Of a stretch of DNA of 64,000 nucleotides, positions 1 through 11,770 are shown one piece after another (the first letter of the stretch is position 1; the number at the start of each line of letters is the position of its first letter). Made by a program: the position numbers and the translations under genes. The notes under the pieces were generated by a model. That model was not told the DNA's origin and searched no databases. It saw nothing but the letters and a program-made list of their open reading frames with translations. Origin of the DNA: the human T2T-CHM13v2.0 reference genome, Homo sapiens. The stretch lies in the NCBI RefSeq assembly GCF_009914755.1, contig NC_060925.1; one strand, 5' to 3'.

Positions 1-1666
1 CCTTAATTAAAGACATAAATCCATCATGTGATCTGCATAAACGCTGCCGTTTACAGGACTGTGAATTTTCCTCCTCTGAGAGCCATAGTCTGGGTGGGAT
101 GGAAATGATGAATTGGGACAACACAATGCAGTTGTGACAAAGAAGAGATAAGTAAGAAGAAGTGTGGATTTTGGTAGCTGTTGGGCAACGAACAAGCGGC
201 CTCTTTTTCTTGACATAATCTCCTTCCTTTCATTTCAAAATCTCTTTATCAGAGTGTGAATTCCTGGGACATCGTGTGGGATGTCAGCGTCCCCATCATA
301 AAATGCTGGGGGAACCTGAGTTCTGCTCCCCGATCACTGAACATCCCACAGGCGATGCTTGAAGGAGCTGCTGGAGACAGGTGACTTCCAATCCCACCAC
401 TGAATTTAGAGAGAGGAGAACAGGAGGATGCTAGAAAGCAAGGGGTGGCTTAGAAGGAATTGCTCCAAAAGGAGAAAGATCTGGACTGTTCTTGGCGGCA
501 GCAGCTAATCATGAAAAGCCTCAGGGCATGCCACTCTGCTTCTTAGATCATTGCCCAAGGATTGAGACTGTCCCTCTTGATGTCTCTTTTCTTCAATGCA
601 TAATCCCTTTTCTTCACATCACTGTCTATGTCTTAGAAGTTCTTATTTCCATTGAATGTTTCCAATCCTGTTAGAGGTTATCCCTTTGAGGCCCCTGAAC
701 GTGGCCCTAAAAACTGGCTCTTTATTTCAGAGACCCACTGGACACTGGGCCATGGCAAATGGGACTTTTACTTTCATTTGGGAGGAAAGTGAATGGGATG
801 GACTAAGGGGCAACAAGAGGACAGGGCTGAGGACAGGCATCTGAGGGGAGCATTTTGGCTGGTTCTGGCAGCAGGAGCCTCAGGGGTTGGGTGCCAGTTT
901 GGACCAAGGGACCAGACCAAAGCTTCCCTCCCTGCCGACAGAGGCTGCCACTTGCGCAGACTGACAGCCACATTCCCCATTCTGAGAGACTCAGATACCA
1001 CCTAGAAAAAGTCTTTAAGACACCAGGCCTCGCCTTGAGTCCTTCTTTTTCCAATGCAAGAGAAAGGTGGGATGATGTGCCTCCTTTGTGAGATGCTGTG
1101 CAACATCTCTGCCCAACACCCAACCCCAGACCTCTTGGTAAAAGGGGCCATACCCCAGTGGGTCTCTGAGATGTGCGTTACTGGGCTGGACATAGCTCAG
1201 AATTTAAGCAGAAAGCCTACAACCTCCCCCTTCCCCTCCAATTATCACTTGGCATGCAACCCTGTGACCACTCTCAAGCTGGGCCCTCTTCCTCATGGTT
1301 TCTTGAGTCCCCATCAGATGTGGCCTAGGAAGGAACCTCTTTCATGAGGAGGCAAAGTGGAACCTCCTTCCAGCTTCCCATTTCCATGGGAAGAGACACT
1401 AATTACTCTAGCCCCCTTGAGCTCCCTTTCCCTCCCCATAAGACTCCTGGCTGAGCTTGGCAACAGGGAAGGGCCCTGTAAATATAGCTTAGTTCTGTCC
1501 TCACCTTGTTCTTTCTGTGACCCTGCTCTTCCATGCCTGGAATGACCCAGGAAGAGGTGGGTGAGTTTCACCTGGTGGCAGAGAATTAGGAAGCTTATTT
1601 TTGCCACACACCTAAACCACACTCTCCAATATCTGCTTTTTCAGTTTAAAAAGTTTCATTTTCTTT

Positions 1667-2294
1667 CCTTAGAGTATATACCCAGTCATGAGATTACTGG
1701 GTCAAATGGTATTCCTGGTTCTAAATCTTTGAGGAATTGCCACACTGTTTTCCACAATGGTTGAGTTAATTTACATTCTCACCAACGGTACATGCATGTG
1801 TATGTTCATTGAACCATTATTCACAATAGCAAAGACACAGAATCAACCCAAATGCCCATCAATGATAGACTGGGTAAGAAAATGTGGTAAGTATACACCA
1901 TGAAATACTATGTAGCCATAAAAAGAAATGAGATCATGTCCTTCACAGGGACATGGATGAAGTGGGAAGCCATTATCCTCGGCAAACTAATGCAGGAACA
2001 AAAAAAAAAAACAGACACTGCATGTTCTCGTTTATAAGTGGGAGCTGAACTATAAGAACACATGGACACAGGGAGGGGAACAACACATACTGGGGCCTGT
2101 CAGGAGAGGGTGGGGTTGGGGAGAGCATTAGGAAAATAGCTAATGCATGCTGGGCTTAAAACCTAGGTGATGGGTTGATAGGTGCAGAAAACCACCATGG
2201 CACATGTTTACCTATGTAGCAAACCTGCACATCCTATACATGCACCCCAGATCATAGAAAAATAAAATAAAATAAAATAAAATAACAAGTAAAC
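1667..2294 (+). mobile_element. Older primate L1PA 3' fragment with 5' inversion (1667-1786 inverted, 1787-2294 sense)
   Basis: L1 3' end motifs (aatcaacccaaatgcccatcaatgatagactgg, ctaggtgatgggttgataggtgcag) and an (AAAAT)n tail. The preceding ~120 bp is antisense L1 ORF2 end. TSD aaaagtttcattttcttt (1649-1666) / aaaagtatcattttcttt (2295-2312). Confidence 0.92.
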
Positions 2295-3544
2295 AAAAGT
2301 ATCATTTTCTTTTGCTTCTCTTTTCTCTCATCAATCACTGCAGTACTCACATGTGCTTTCAACCCAGCTATGACAGCCTCAAACATCCCTGACTATAAAC
2401 CCAGGGCGAGAGGGGCTGCAGGGGGAGGATGGAGGAACAAGGAGCCTGTTCTTACTCACATTCCCCTTGGTGGCTTCAGCCTGGATTCAATCTGCTGCAT
2501 GTTCGAACCTTTTTCACTTCAACTAGATGAAATGGATGATGTGGTCCCCAACAGCGGTACAGGGATAGAGGACGTAAGTGGGTTCTGGCCTCAAGGAATT
2601 CAATGGTTCATGGGCAACATCTTCATACCCTGATTGTGCCCAAAGGGGAAGCACCTTCTAAACAGCTGGGTCTTCAATTTGGGAAAGGAAGAAAAGGAGG
2701 CACAGGGAAAAGGGGGAGAAGAGAGATGGCACTTCAGAGCAGCATGCTAACGTCTCAGCTGTCAGAGAAAAATGAGGGAAGGGTTTTTTTTTGTAATATC
2801 CACTTTTTGGATGTTAATAATATTATATTGGTATGTTATGCTCTGTCTATAAAACAACCAAATTGGTTTGTTCATGAATCTCTACTGGACTTTCTCATTT
2901 TGCTATTGACTTTAGGTCAGGAACAAAGGGACACATGGACACCCTTCTATAAATCACCAGCAATCTTGCTTCTGAAGAACTAATTACATTGACACCCCCA
3001 TCCTTTACACTGCATTTGTTACTGGCAGTTGTGTTCAGGGACGAGGAGGGGATGAAAAGGGGCACCGAAGGCCTTTGTCATACCCAGGCATAATGCCATC
3101 AATCTTCCCAATAAAATGAGGCAGGAGGTGTCATCCTTCCAGAAGGGATGGGATGAAAGATGTGCTGCTGAAACAACTAATTATTACGCATTTGCATGTG
3201 AGAACTTGCAATTTGTACCCATCAAACTTGCATCTCCATTGCTTGCTTTGGCACTTTGCTTTTAAGTTAATTTTCAGTGACCCCCAAACCAGGGAGGGAG
3301 GCTTTAGAGTGGTCTGGGAAGGCCTGGTGCTGGGGGTATAGATGCGTGCTTAACTGGATTTTTAAAGTATAAAGTTAACATGCCCATGAAAAAGGTACAG
3401 GAAAATGCAGCATGTGTTGGTTTGCCTCTTGTCATCACACTCAGTTCTCAGCTTCAAATCAAAGATGCCTCCTAAGGAGAGAAGAATGAAATGAGCCAAG
3501 CGGATCGCTGCATGAGAAAGCTGCAGATCACAGTCTCTCAAAGT

Positions 3545-3702
3545 GTCGTCTCTGGCCAGCAGCGTCAAGGAGCTTGTTAGCCATGCAAACTCTCGGACCC
3601 CACGCCAGACATACTGAATTGAAAACTCTGGGGGTGAGGCTAGCAATTTGTGTCTTAAATCCACTAGGTGATTCTGATACACACGCAGGTATGAGAACCA
3701 CT
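3545..3702. mobile_element. MER5A-like hAT-Charlie DNA transposon
   Basis: gagcttgttagccatgcaaactctcggaccccacgccagac...ggtgattctgat...tgagaaccactg matches the MER5A pattern. Confidence 0.8.
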
Positions 3703-4024
3703 GCCTCAGACTAGAGTCTTGAAAAACAGAATGAATTAACCAATACTTTGCCGAAAGTGTTTCCAGCGAGACGGGCCCAGGCAGAGTCATGCCACGCAAT
3801 AAAAATGTGGCTTGTCTTCGGTGGGTATGCACAGCCTAAAGAAAGACATGGTTCAATAAGACATGCCCTGAGTGTCAAGAAAGTATTAAATTTACCTTTG
3901 GTTTTCCAAAATGCTAGCATTTTCTCTGTGCATGTGGTGTGGGGGGTAGGGATGGGGGATGGCATATGTGAATTCTCAGTTTACTACTTAATGGGCCTGG
4001 AAAAGTCAATCTAGTATCCATTTG

Positions 4025-4142
4025 GTTGGCAACAGATATTTAATGAGTGCCTACTACGTGCCAGATGCTATTGCATGTGATGGGGGAACATTACTGAATA
4101 AATTGAGAAAATGTATCGCCTTATACTGTTTACATTCTAGTG
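4025..4142 (-). mobile_element. L2 3' end fragment
   Basis: caacagatatttaatgagtgcctactacgtgccag is the reverse complement of the L2 3' terminus. Confidence 0.7.
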
Positions 4143-4779
4143 AATCTTACAACCTCATAGGATCAGTTTTAAACCATAATAATGTACAGTAGGTAATGAG
4201 ATGGAAATCATGAGCAGAGAGAAACAGAGCAAAGCTTCATCTGGAATCACCTGGAATGTGATTCATTACTTTTTTCTTATCAGTGACATCATACCCATGA
4301 TTACATTTCCGTTTAATGTTCAATCGAGGATGATGATAATGAGAAATGGAGAGATACCCTGGGGAGACTTTCTGCTATAAAACAATTGGTTCTTGCACAA
4401 AATATAATTGTTATTGCCTCGTTGGGCTTGCATGGAAAATTTGTAAAGGCCTTCAAAAGGGAAAGCAAAAAAAAAAACTCCTGAGCTATGAACCACATGA
4501 GCTGTAAAACTTCCTTGCAGGTAGAGATTCTAGTTTAGCAACAAGGAGAAAGGTTAATCCTAAAACTCCCAGGTGAATCCTGGTACTGGGGGCTGGAGTC
4601 ACCTCAGGAGTGTGGCTTCCCCAGGCTCATGGTGGAAGTGAATGGAAATTCTTTTTTGAGACACTATTCCCCATTTAGGCACCTACAATTAAGGTCAAAC
4701 TCTATAAACCCATCATCAACAATGGCTAGAGCAAGCCACCATGAGTGAGAGTCAGCAGAAACAGTGTGTTCTCATTTAC

Positions 4780-6850
4780 TCTTTCAAGAAACTTGGCATT
4801 AGAATAATCACAATAAGAATACAAAATAATGGTGTGAGAAATGTTTAAAGAAGAAGAAAATAAAATTACAAAATGATGAAGCAGCAAGAGGTAGATTTGA
4901 GCAAATAATCATTTTTGAAATAAAAAGTATAATTATTGAAGTGAAAAATTTAGTAGCTATGTTAAAAAGCAGACTGGACACAGCTAAGGAAAGGATTAAT
5001 GAACTGGAAGACAGATCTCAAGCAATAATCCAGAATAGATCGTGGCATTTTTTTTAAGTAAGAAAGCTCAAATACCTGGATGATTGAGTGAGATATTTTA
5101 CCATGAATCTATTTTGAGTACCAGAAGAAGAAATAAAAAAATGAAAAAGAGGAGAGATAGTATTTTAAGAGGTATGACCAAGAATTTTACTGAATTGATA
5201 AAAGATACAAATCCACAGATGTAGGAATTATACTATATCCTTTGTAGAATAAATAAAAAGAAATTTACCCCTTTATCACATTGTAGTAAAATTGCCAAAC
5301 ACAATTGAGAAAGGAGCAATCTATAAGGAATATGTGGAAAGAAGGGCCACCTACAAAGAGATGAAAACTAGTTTGGCAGAAAATATCTCAAAAACCAAAA
5401 TGGAAGCTGGAAGAAAGTGGAATAAGACCTTCAAACTCCTGAGAGAAAATAAATGTTAGACTAGAATTATGAATGCAGCAAACTTATCTTTCAGAAACAA
5501 GAACAAAACATATTAGATAAATAAAGTGCAGTGAATTTGCTACCCTCCCACCTAACCTAAAAGTTAGTAATTTATATTAAGTAATTAAGGATGTACAGCA
5601 AAGAGAAGAGAAATGGGAGATGTGAGATGCTGGCAGAGATGACGAACAAAGAAATGGGTAAATCTAAACATTTTCTGCACCTCCAGAATCCAGAACTATG
5701 CCAGGCACAGAATTGGTGCTCAATTAGTTTAATACAAAACATTTGCATAAAATAATAAAAATGTTTCTAATTCATGGGAGTTTTTAAAAAGAAAACCTAA
5801 AATCTTGGATAGTAATACCAAAGTAAGAAGAGTCATGATTTCAAGATTCTTGCATTAGTTACAAGGGGGTTGTGGTGTTGCCTTAGACCTCATTAAGAAT
5901 TCATGGTGAACTACCAATAAAAATAGTAAAAGAGTAGAAATACGGTATAAAGCCAGAAGAAGGAAAAAAGGAATAAGCTACTACAAGCACAAACACCATG
6001 CTTATGATATGTCAGGTGCTGTTCTAAAACTTTACACATAGTAACTCTTTTTATCCTCACAGTGTTCTCTTGTATAGGTTGATACTATTATCTTTACTTT
6101 CATAGTTGAAGATACTAAGAGCTTGGGTGATTTGCCTAAAGTTGCACAGCTAGAAAATAAATAAACCCACTTCATTTAAAAAAAAAAAAAAGGAAGAATA
6201 AGAAAGGAAAAGGTATAGTAAAAGTGAATAAATAGGAAAAAGTAGGATGTTGGAAACAAACAAATGCAATATATCTGTATGGACAATAAATGTAAATGGA
6301 CTAAATTTGCCAATTTAAGACATAGATTGTGAGATTCAATTTATTTTTTAAAAAAATAAACTCAACCTTATGCTGTTTATAAGAAATCCATCTAGAAAAC
6401 TAGGACACACACTTGGATATAAAAGGTTGGTAAAATTAGACTATGTAATTAACAACCAACAGAATGCAGGGGAGCTACATTAATACCAGACAAAAATAGC
6501 TTATGATAAAAATAAACATTAACAAAAATAGGGTCATTACATTACGATGTTATGCAATTTCCTAGGAAGATAGAATAATTTCAATTTGTATTCACATAAA
6601 AAATTGCCTCAAAGTACTTAAAGCAATGCCTTATAAAATTATAGAGAGAAATGGATAAATCCACCATTCTGTTAGATTTCTCTACCCTTTCTAAATTGTG
6701 GATAAAACAAGCTAAATTTCCAAAAGTGCAGAATAATTTAATAACATCATTGGCAATTGTGATATTATCAAGTATGCATCGAAGGTTTTACCCAAAAAGT
6801 CAAGTGAACACTTTCTTCTCAAGCATCCATATAACATTTACAAAACTTGG
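4780..6850 (+). mobile_element. Ancient L1M remnant (decayed ORF1 and ORF2 endonuclease region) with internal L2 and MIR pieces
   Basis: A-rich. ORF1-like aaaagcagactggacacagctaaggaaaggattaatgaactggaagacag; ORF2-start-like ataaatgtaaatggactaaatttgccaatt and ccttatgctgtttataagaaatcc. No long open frame. Confidence 0.8.
5995..6155 (-). mobile_element. MIR fragment
   Basis: tttatcctcacag...tattatctttactttcatagttgaagatactaag...gtgatttgcctaaagttgcacagctag resembles the MIR core. Confidence 0.65.
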
Positions 6851-7719
6851 TCTTGTAGTAGAGGAAGCCCAGGGGCCCTTTCTCTTTCACATGTATGTAA
6901 ATGACACTCTGGAGGAAGCCTCATCTGGGAAAAGGAGGCACGTGTTATGCATGGCATGGCAGACCTGATTTAGTCCATGTAACTAGCCAGGTCTTGGATA
7001 AATGGGTTTTATCTTTGAGCATTTTCTGGCTTTTCTTGAGGGAAATAAAGGCAGAGCCAGCTGCACTGGCAGGACAGGGCAGAGTGGAGTGAAGCAAAAA
7101 ATGTTTTAAGCCAAGAAGAGAGCTGTGGGTAAAATTTAGTCTGGACAGGACTGTTCCTCACTCAGTCTTGGATTTCCTTGCAATAAAAAATGTTAAGAAA
7201 ACCACCAAATAGGATAAATGTGGAGGAAGAATGGTGCCTCACCTGGCACACCTTTCAAAGCTTGTTTTGAAATTGGAAATGAAAGGAATCTCAGCACTGT
7301 GATTTATCAGAAAACAGCCTGATCGAGGGGTGGGTAGGAACATTGGGTGATTTATCTTGACCACTCAGCTGACTATATGCTTAGCTGAACCAGATGAGCC
7401 CACAGGTCTCCACATAAGATGCTCAGATCCCCAGAATGAGTTTCAGCTGATACCTGGGCCCAAGGTAAATCCAGGGAAGCCATGAGACACCCTTTGGCCA
7501 CTAGTTGCCGGAGGGGGTCCTAGGGCTTGGGGACCTCATGCATGGGGTTCCCATGAGGGAACCTTCTCCCTAACCCAACAGAGGGCAGGGATGCTAAGGG
7601 TTGCTAAGTTATTTGGAGAAACGAGGGTCTGTGGACAATGAAGGCAATGGTGATGGTGGTGACATTCTTGGTGGAAACCAGGATAGAAGAGGCTGACATA
7701 CATTGCGAGCCCACCATAC

Positions 7720-7840
7720 ATACACCAGGCAGTGGACTATGAGCATCAGATGAATTGTTTCACTTGAGCCTCACTACAACTCTGCCGAGAGGGTCCCACT
7801 ATAGTCTCCATTTTCAGATGAGAAAATTGGGGATCAGAGC
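7720..7840 (-). mobile_element. MIR fragment
   Basis: ctccattttcagatgagaaaattggggatcagag MIR core. Confidence 0.7.
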
Positions 7841-7847
7841 ATAGTAA

Positions 7848-8470
7848 TCATAGCACTAACAGTGACGTGGCTTCTCGGGGCTCCATGGCTGATCCTGTCC
7901 AGGGGTCTGAGGGTTTTCTTCTGCCTTAAGGGAGAGCAGGGCCAAAATGTAGACATTTGAGTTGCATGAGGCTGCCTTGCTGTTCTTAAGATTTTGTGGG
8001 ACTATTGCATTATTCTAATGGATAAAGTGGAGCTGATGATGCTCTCTTTTCTCAAAACTCCCTAGAAATATTGGGCATCACGGACCTTTCAGGCTGAATC
8101 TCAGCTAAGGAGAATCATGTAAAATGAAGCAAGGCAGAAGTTGTTACTCATTTGGGGTTCCCCCAAATGGTGGCAGGCTTGGGTAAAGGGAAAGGAGTGG
8201 AAAATGTGGGAATATCAGTAAGAGTCATCTGCCTTGAAGGCAAGGATATAGGGGTCCCCAAGACCAAGACCCCTGGGCCCAGCTTTAAGCCTATCCAGAA
8301 GAAGTGAGAAGAGATGGGACAGAGGAAGGCAAGGCTGGCCTCCCCTAAACCACATTGTTGGGCCATTCACTGGCCACTCACCAATGAGCCCCAAGTTAGG
8401 AATTCATGTTAGAGCTGGAGCCAGGGCCCTCATTTCTTAATAAGCTGAGTGCTGGGATGAGATTCTGTTT
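7848..8470 (+). repeat. Old local direct duplication, copy 1 (block A 7848-8143, block B 8331-8470)
   Basis: Aligns by eye to 9318-9617 and 9975-10114 at roughly 75-80% identity. Confidence 0.9.
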
Positions 8471-9317
8471 AGCTGTGGAGTTGGGATTTGCACCCAGGTC
8501 TGTAGAACCACAGAGTCCACTGTAATTTCAAGATTCCCACCATGTCCAGCCACCAGCAATCTTTCTCTCTTCTCCACTGAGAGATGTAAAAGTCCTCCGT
8601 AACTGGCCCATAGGCCTCTGGCAAAACTTCCCTGAACCTCCCCCCTCAAAGCGGGGGTGGGAGTCCCCCGCTTTGTACCCTCAAATCTCCTGCTGCATAT
8701 CCTTAGCCCATCCCTCTCCACATTGGGAACTGCTGGGTTTTCCTTCCCACCCCTGCCCCAATCCAAGAGTGCAGGTAGGATGGTGGTCATTTGCACACAC
8801 CTCCCCTGTTCCCAGCATTGTGACGGTCTGCTAAAGACTGCTGTTGATCACTGTGGAAAAGTGATTTTCATTATGCAGCAGGGTTTGCAGGGGTACAAAC
8901 ACATTTCAGATTAAAGAATGCATGTCATAACATAAAATAGCTAATCCCAACCATTTACTGTCTTCAGCACAGACAGGATGACAGGAGAGACTCTACGAAG
9001 GTCACAGGGGGTGCATTTTACCCTCGAAAGTCATATCGATGGAAGTCCATTATGACAACCTCAGAGCATGAGAGCAGCTGGGCTCTGATATATTCATGAT
9101 TGTCCCCAATACAAGAAAATTGATCCATGACAAATTAATCCTGGCAGCTTTCATTTTTTATTTCCTTTCTGAATATACAGAACCATTAAAATGCAACCAA
9201 ACAAAAAAGAATAAGATGGGACAAAGAGAGATGCACATGCCAGTATTGATTTCTTACAAAATAGTTGAAGAGTAGATTTAATTTAACTAAATGATATTAG
9301 TAATATTGACAGAGGAC

Positions 9318-10114
9318 TCATAGCACCAACAGTAACACAGCTTCTCAGGGCTCCATGGCCGATCCCATCCAGGGATCTGAGGTCCTTCTTCTGCCTTAGG
9401 GAGAGCAGGGCCAAGGTGGAGACATTCGAGTTGCATGAGTCTCTCCTTGCTGTTCTGAGGATTTTGTGAGCCTATTACGTTATTCTAACGAAGAAGGTGG
9501 AGTGGATGATGCTCTCTGTCCTCCCCAGATCTCTCTGGAAATACAGTTGCATCATGGATCTTTCAGGCTGAATCCCAGCTAAGGAAGATCACATAAATTA
9601 AGGGAAGGCAGAAGTTGAGTGAGCCTGAGCACAAAGAAGAACTCTGCTGCCCCATGGAATCGGAACCTCTAAGGCATAGGTTGGCTCCAGCTTCAGCAGT
9701 GGATGGACCCAGTGTGGAAACGGTTTCTGATCTGCGTTCCTCTCCGGACCCTGTCTTGCTCCACCACAAGCTCCCTCTACAGGGCGTCTCAAAGTCCACC
9801 CACAGTCCCATATTCACACTTAGCCGGTCACAGCTCCAAAGGTACAAGAGCGGCCCCCAGGAACTTCCTTGTGGGAAAATTGCAAGGAAAAGCAAGGAAA
9901 ATAGGGGAGGGGGGTCATCTTGTCAAAAGCCTTCGCTTTCTCAGGACAGCTAAAATCTCAAGACCAGGAGAGGTGAGGCTGGCCCCCTCGAAACCACGCT
10001 GTTGGGCAATTTCTTGACCACTCACCAATGAGCCCCCAGCTAGGAGTTATTGATAGGCCTGAGGCCAGAGCCCTCCTCTCCTAATGGGCTGGGGGTCGGG
10101 GTGAGATTCTGTTT
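9318..10114 (+). repeat. Old local direct duplication, copy 2 (block A 9318-9617, block B 9975-10114)
   Basis: Shares words with copy 1: gggctccatggc, gggagagcagggccaa, gagttgcatgag, ctttcaggctgaatc, aaggcagaagttg, ccactcaccaatgagcccc, tgagattctgttt. Confidence 0.9.
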
Positions 10115-10223
10115 TCCTGTCTGCAAAATAAGCAAATTAAACTAGAAAATGTTTCTCAAACACAGACCCATGAAATGGCTATATAAGAATCCTCTGGGGA
10201 GCTTTTAAAAAGTATGAGTCCTA

Positions 10224-10527
<304 letters not shown>

Positions 10528-10626
10528 ATATGAAATTATGAATCCTTACTTTACTAATTTAACAGTGGGCCAAGAATATTCATTTCAAAGCTGTCCCAGG
10601 GAATCTGATGCCACATGTTTGTGCCT

Positions 10627-11054
10627 CTATCAGTCTCCTGGGGCTCCTATAACAAATTACCACAAGCTGGGTTGCTTTAAACCAGAGAAATTCGTTTTCC
10701 GTGCAGCTCTGGAGGCCAGAAACACAAGGTGAAGGTCTTGGCAGAGCCATACTCCCTTGGAAGGTGCTGGTGAGGGTCCTTCCGGCCTCCTCCGGCCTCT
10801 GGTGGCCCCAGGCATTCCATGGCTTGTGGCTGCACCGCTCAAATCTTCGCCTCCGTCCTCACATGGCTTTCTCTTTTTTACGTGTATCTTCTCTGTGTGC
10901 CATTGGATTTAGGGATCACACCCAGATAATCAGGATGATATCATCTCAAGATCCTTAATTTAATAGCATTACCATTTTCCCAAGTGAAGTCATGTTCTCA
11001 GCTTCTGGGATTAGGATGTGGACAGATCTCCTGGGGGCCGCCATCCAGCCCACC
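10627..11054 (-). mobile_element. MLT1 (MLT1B/C-like) MaLR LTR
   Basis: ataacaaattaccacaagctgggttgctttaaac...ctggaggccagaa...ctgggattaggatgtggaca. Confidence 0.85.
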
Positions 11055-11284
11055 CTGGTGCCCTTTCTCTCTAACATTCTAGGTGCCTGTGCCCACTGCT
11101 CTGAGGCAACCACTTGCTGAGATCTCCTCTCCACTCCCGGGAAGGGGTCTCAGTGCTCGTCACCCCTGGGCAAGGACAGGCCAGTGGAGCACGACAGGGA
11201 CTGTCATATCAACTGTCTCCGGCCTTTTCCTTCCTGCATCACAGGGCACCATTCAGTCCATTGCAGGCGTCCTTTCCAAGGACC

Positions 11285-11450
11285 TACAGGATCACCATGG
11301 GCCTAGCAGATAAACCAGGATGATGTCCATATTTTAAAGTTCATAGCCTTAATTCTGTCTGCAAACTCCCTATTGCCACGTAACAGCATATATACAGGTT
11401 TCTGGGATTAGAGTGTGGGCAACTTTAGTGGCTGTTATTCTGTCTAACAC
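11285..11450 (-). mobile_element. Older MLT1 LTR fragment
   Basis: ccttaattctgtctgcaaactccctattgccacgtaac...caggtttctgggattagagtgtggg...tattctgtctaacac. Confidence 0.65.
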
Positions 11451-11559
11451 GTGGAGAGGCTGCCTTGGGCCCTCTGTATGTGTATGGAGGGGTGTCTCTG
11501 GCCTGAGATCTGTGGAGCGGACTTCACTGAGTGGACTTTGCAGCAGCCCTCATAGAGAA

Positions 11560-11770
11560 ACAGCAAGACAGAGAGAGGGAGGAAGAGAGACAGACAGAAG
11601 GGGAGGGGGAAGGGGAGGGAAGGGAAGGGGGAAGAGAAGAGAAGGGAAGAGGAGGGGAGGAGAGGGGAGGGGAGGACAGAGGAAGGGAGGGGAGGGGAGG
11701 GGAGAAGGGAAGGGAAGGAGGTGGAGAGGGAAGAGGGGGGAGATAGAGAGAGAGAGAGAGACAGAGGGGG
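11560..11770 (+). repeat. GA-rich polypurine low-complexity tract
   Basis: ~200 bp of almost pure G/A (ggagg, gaagg, (GA)n). Confidence 0.95.
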
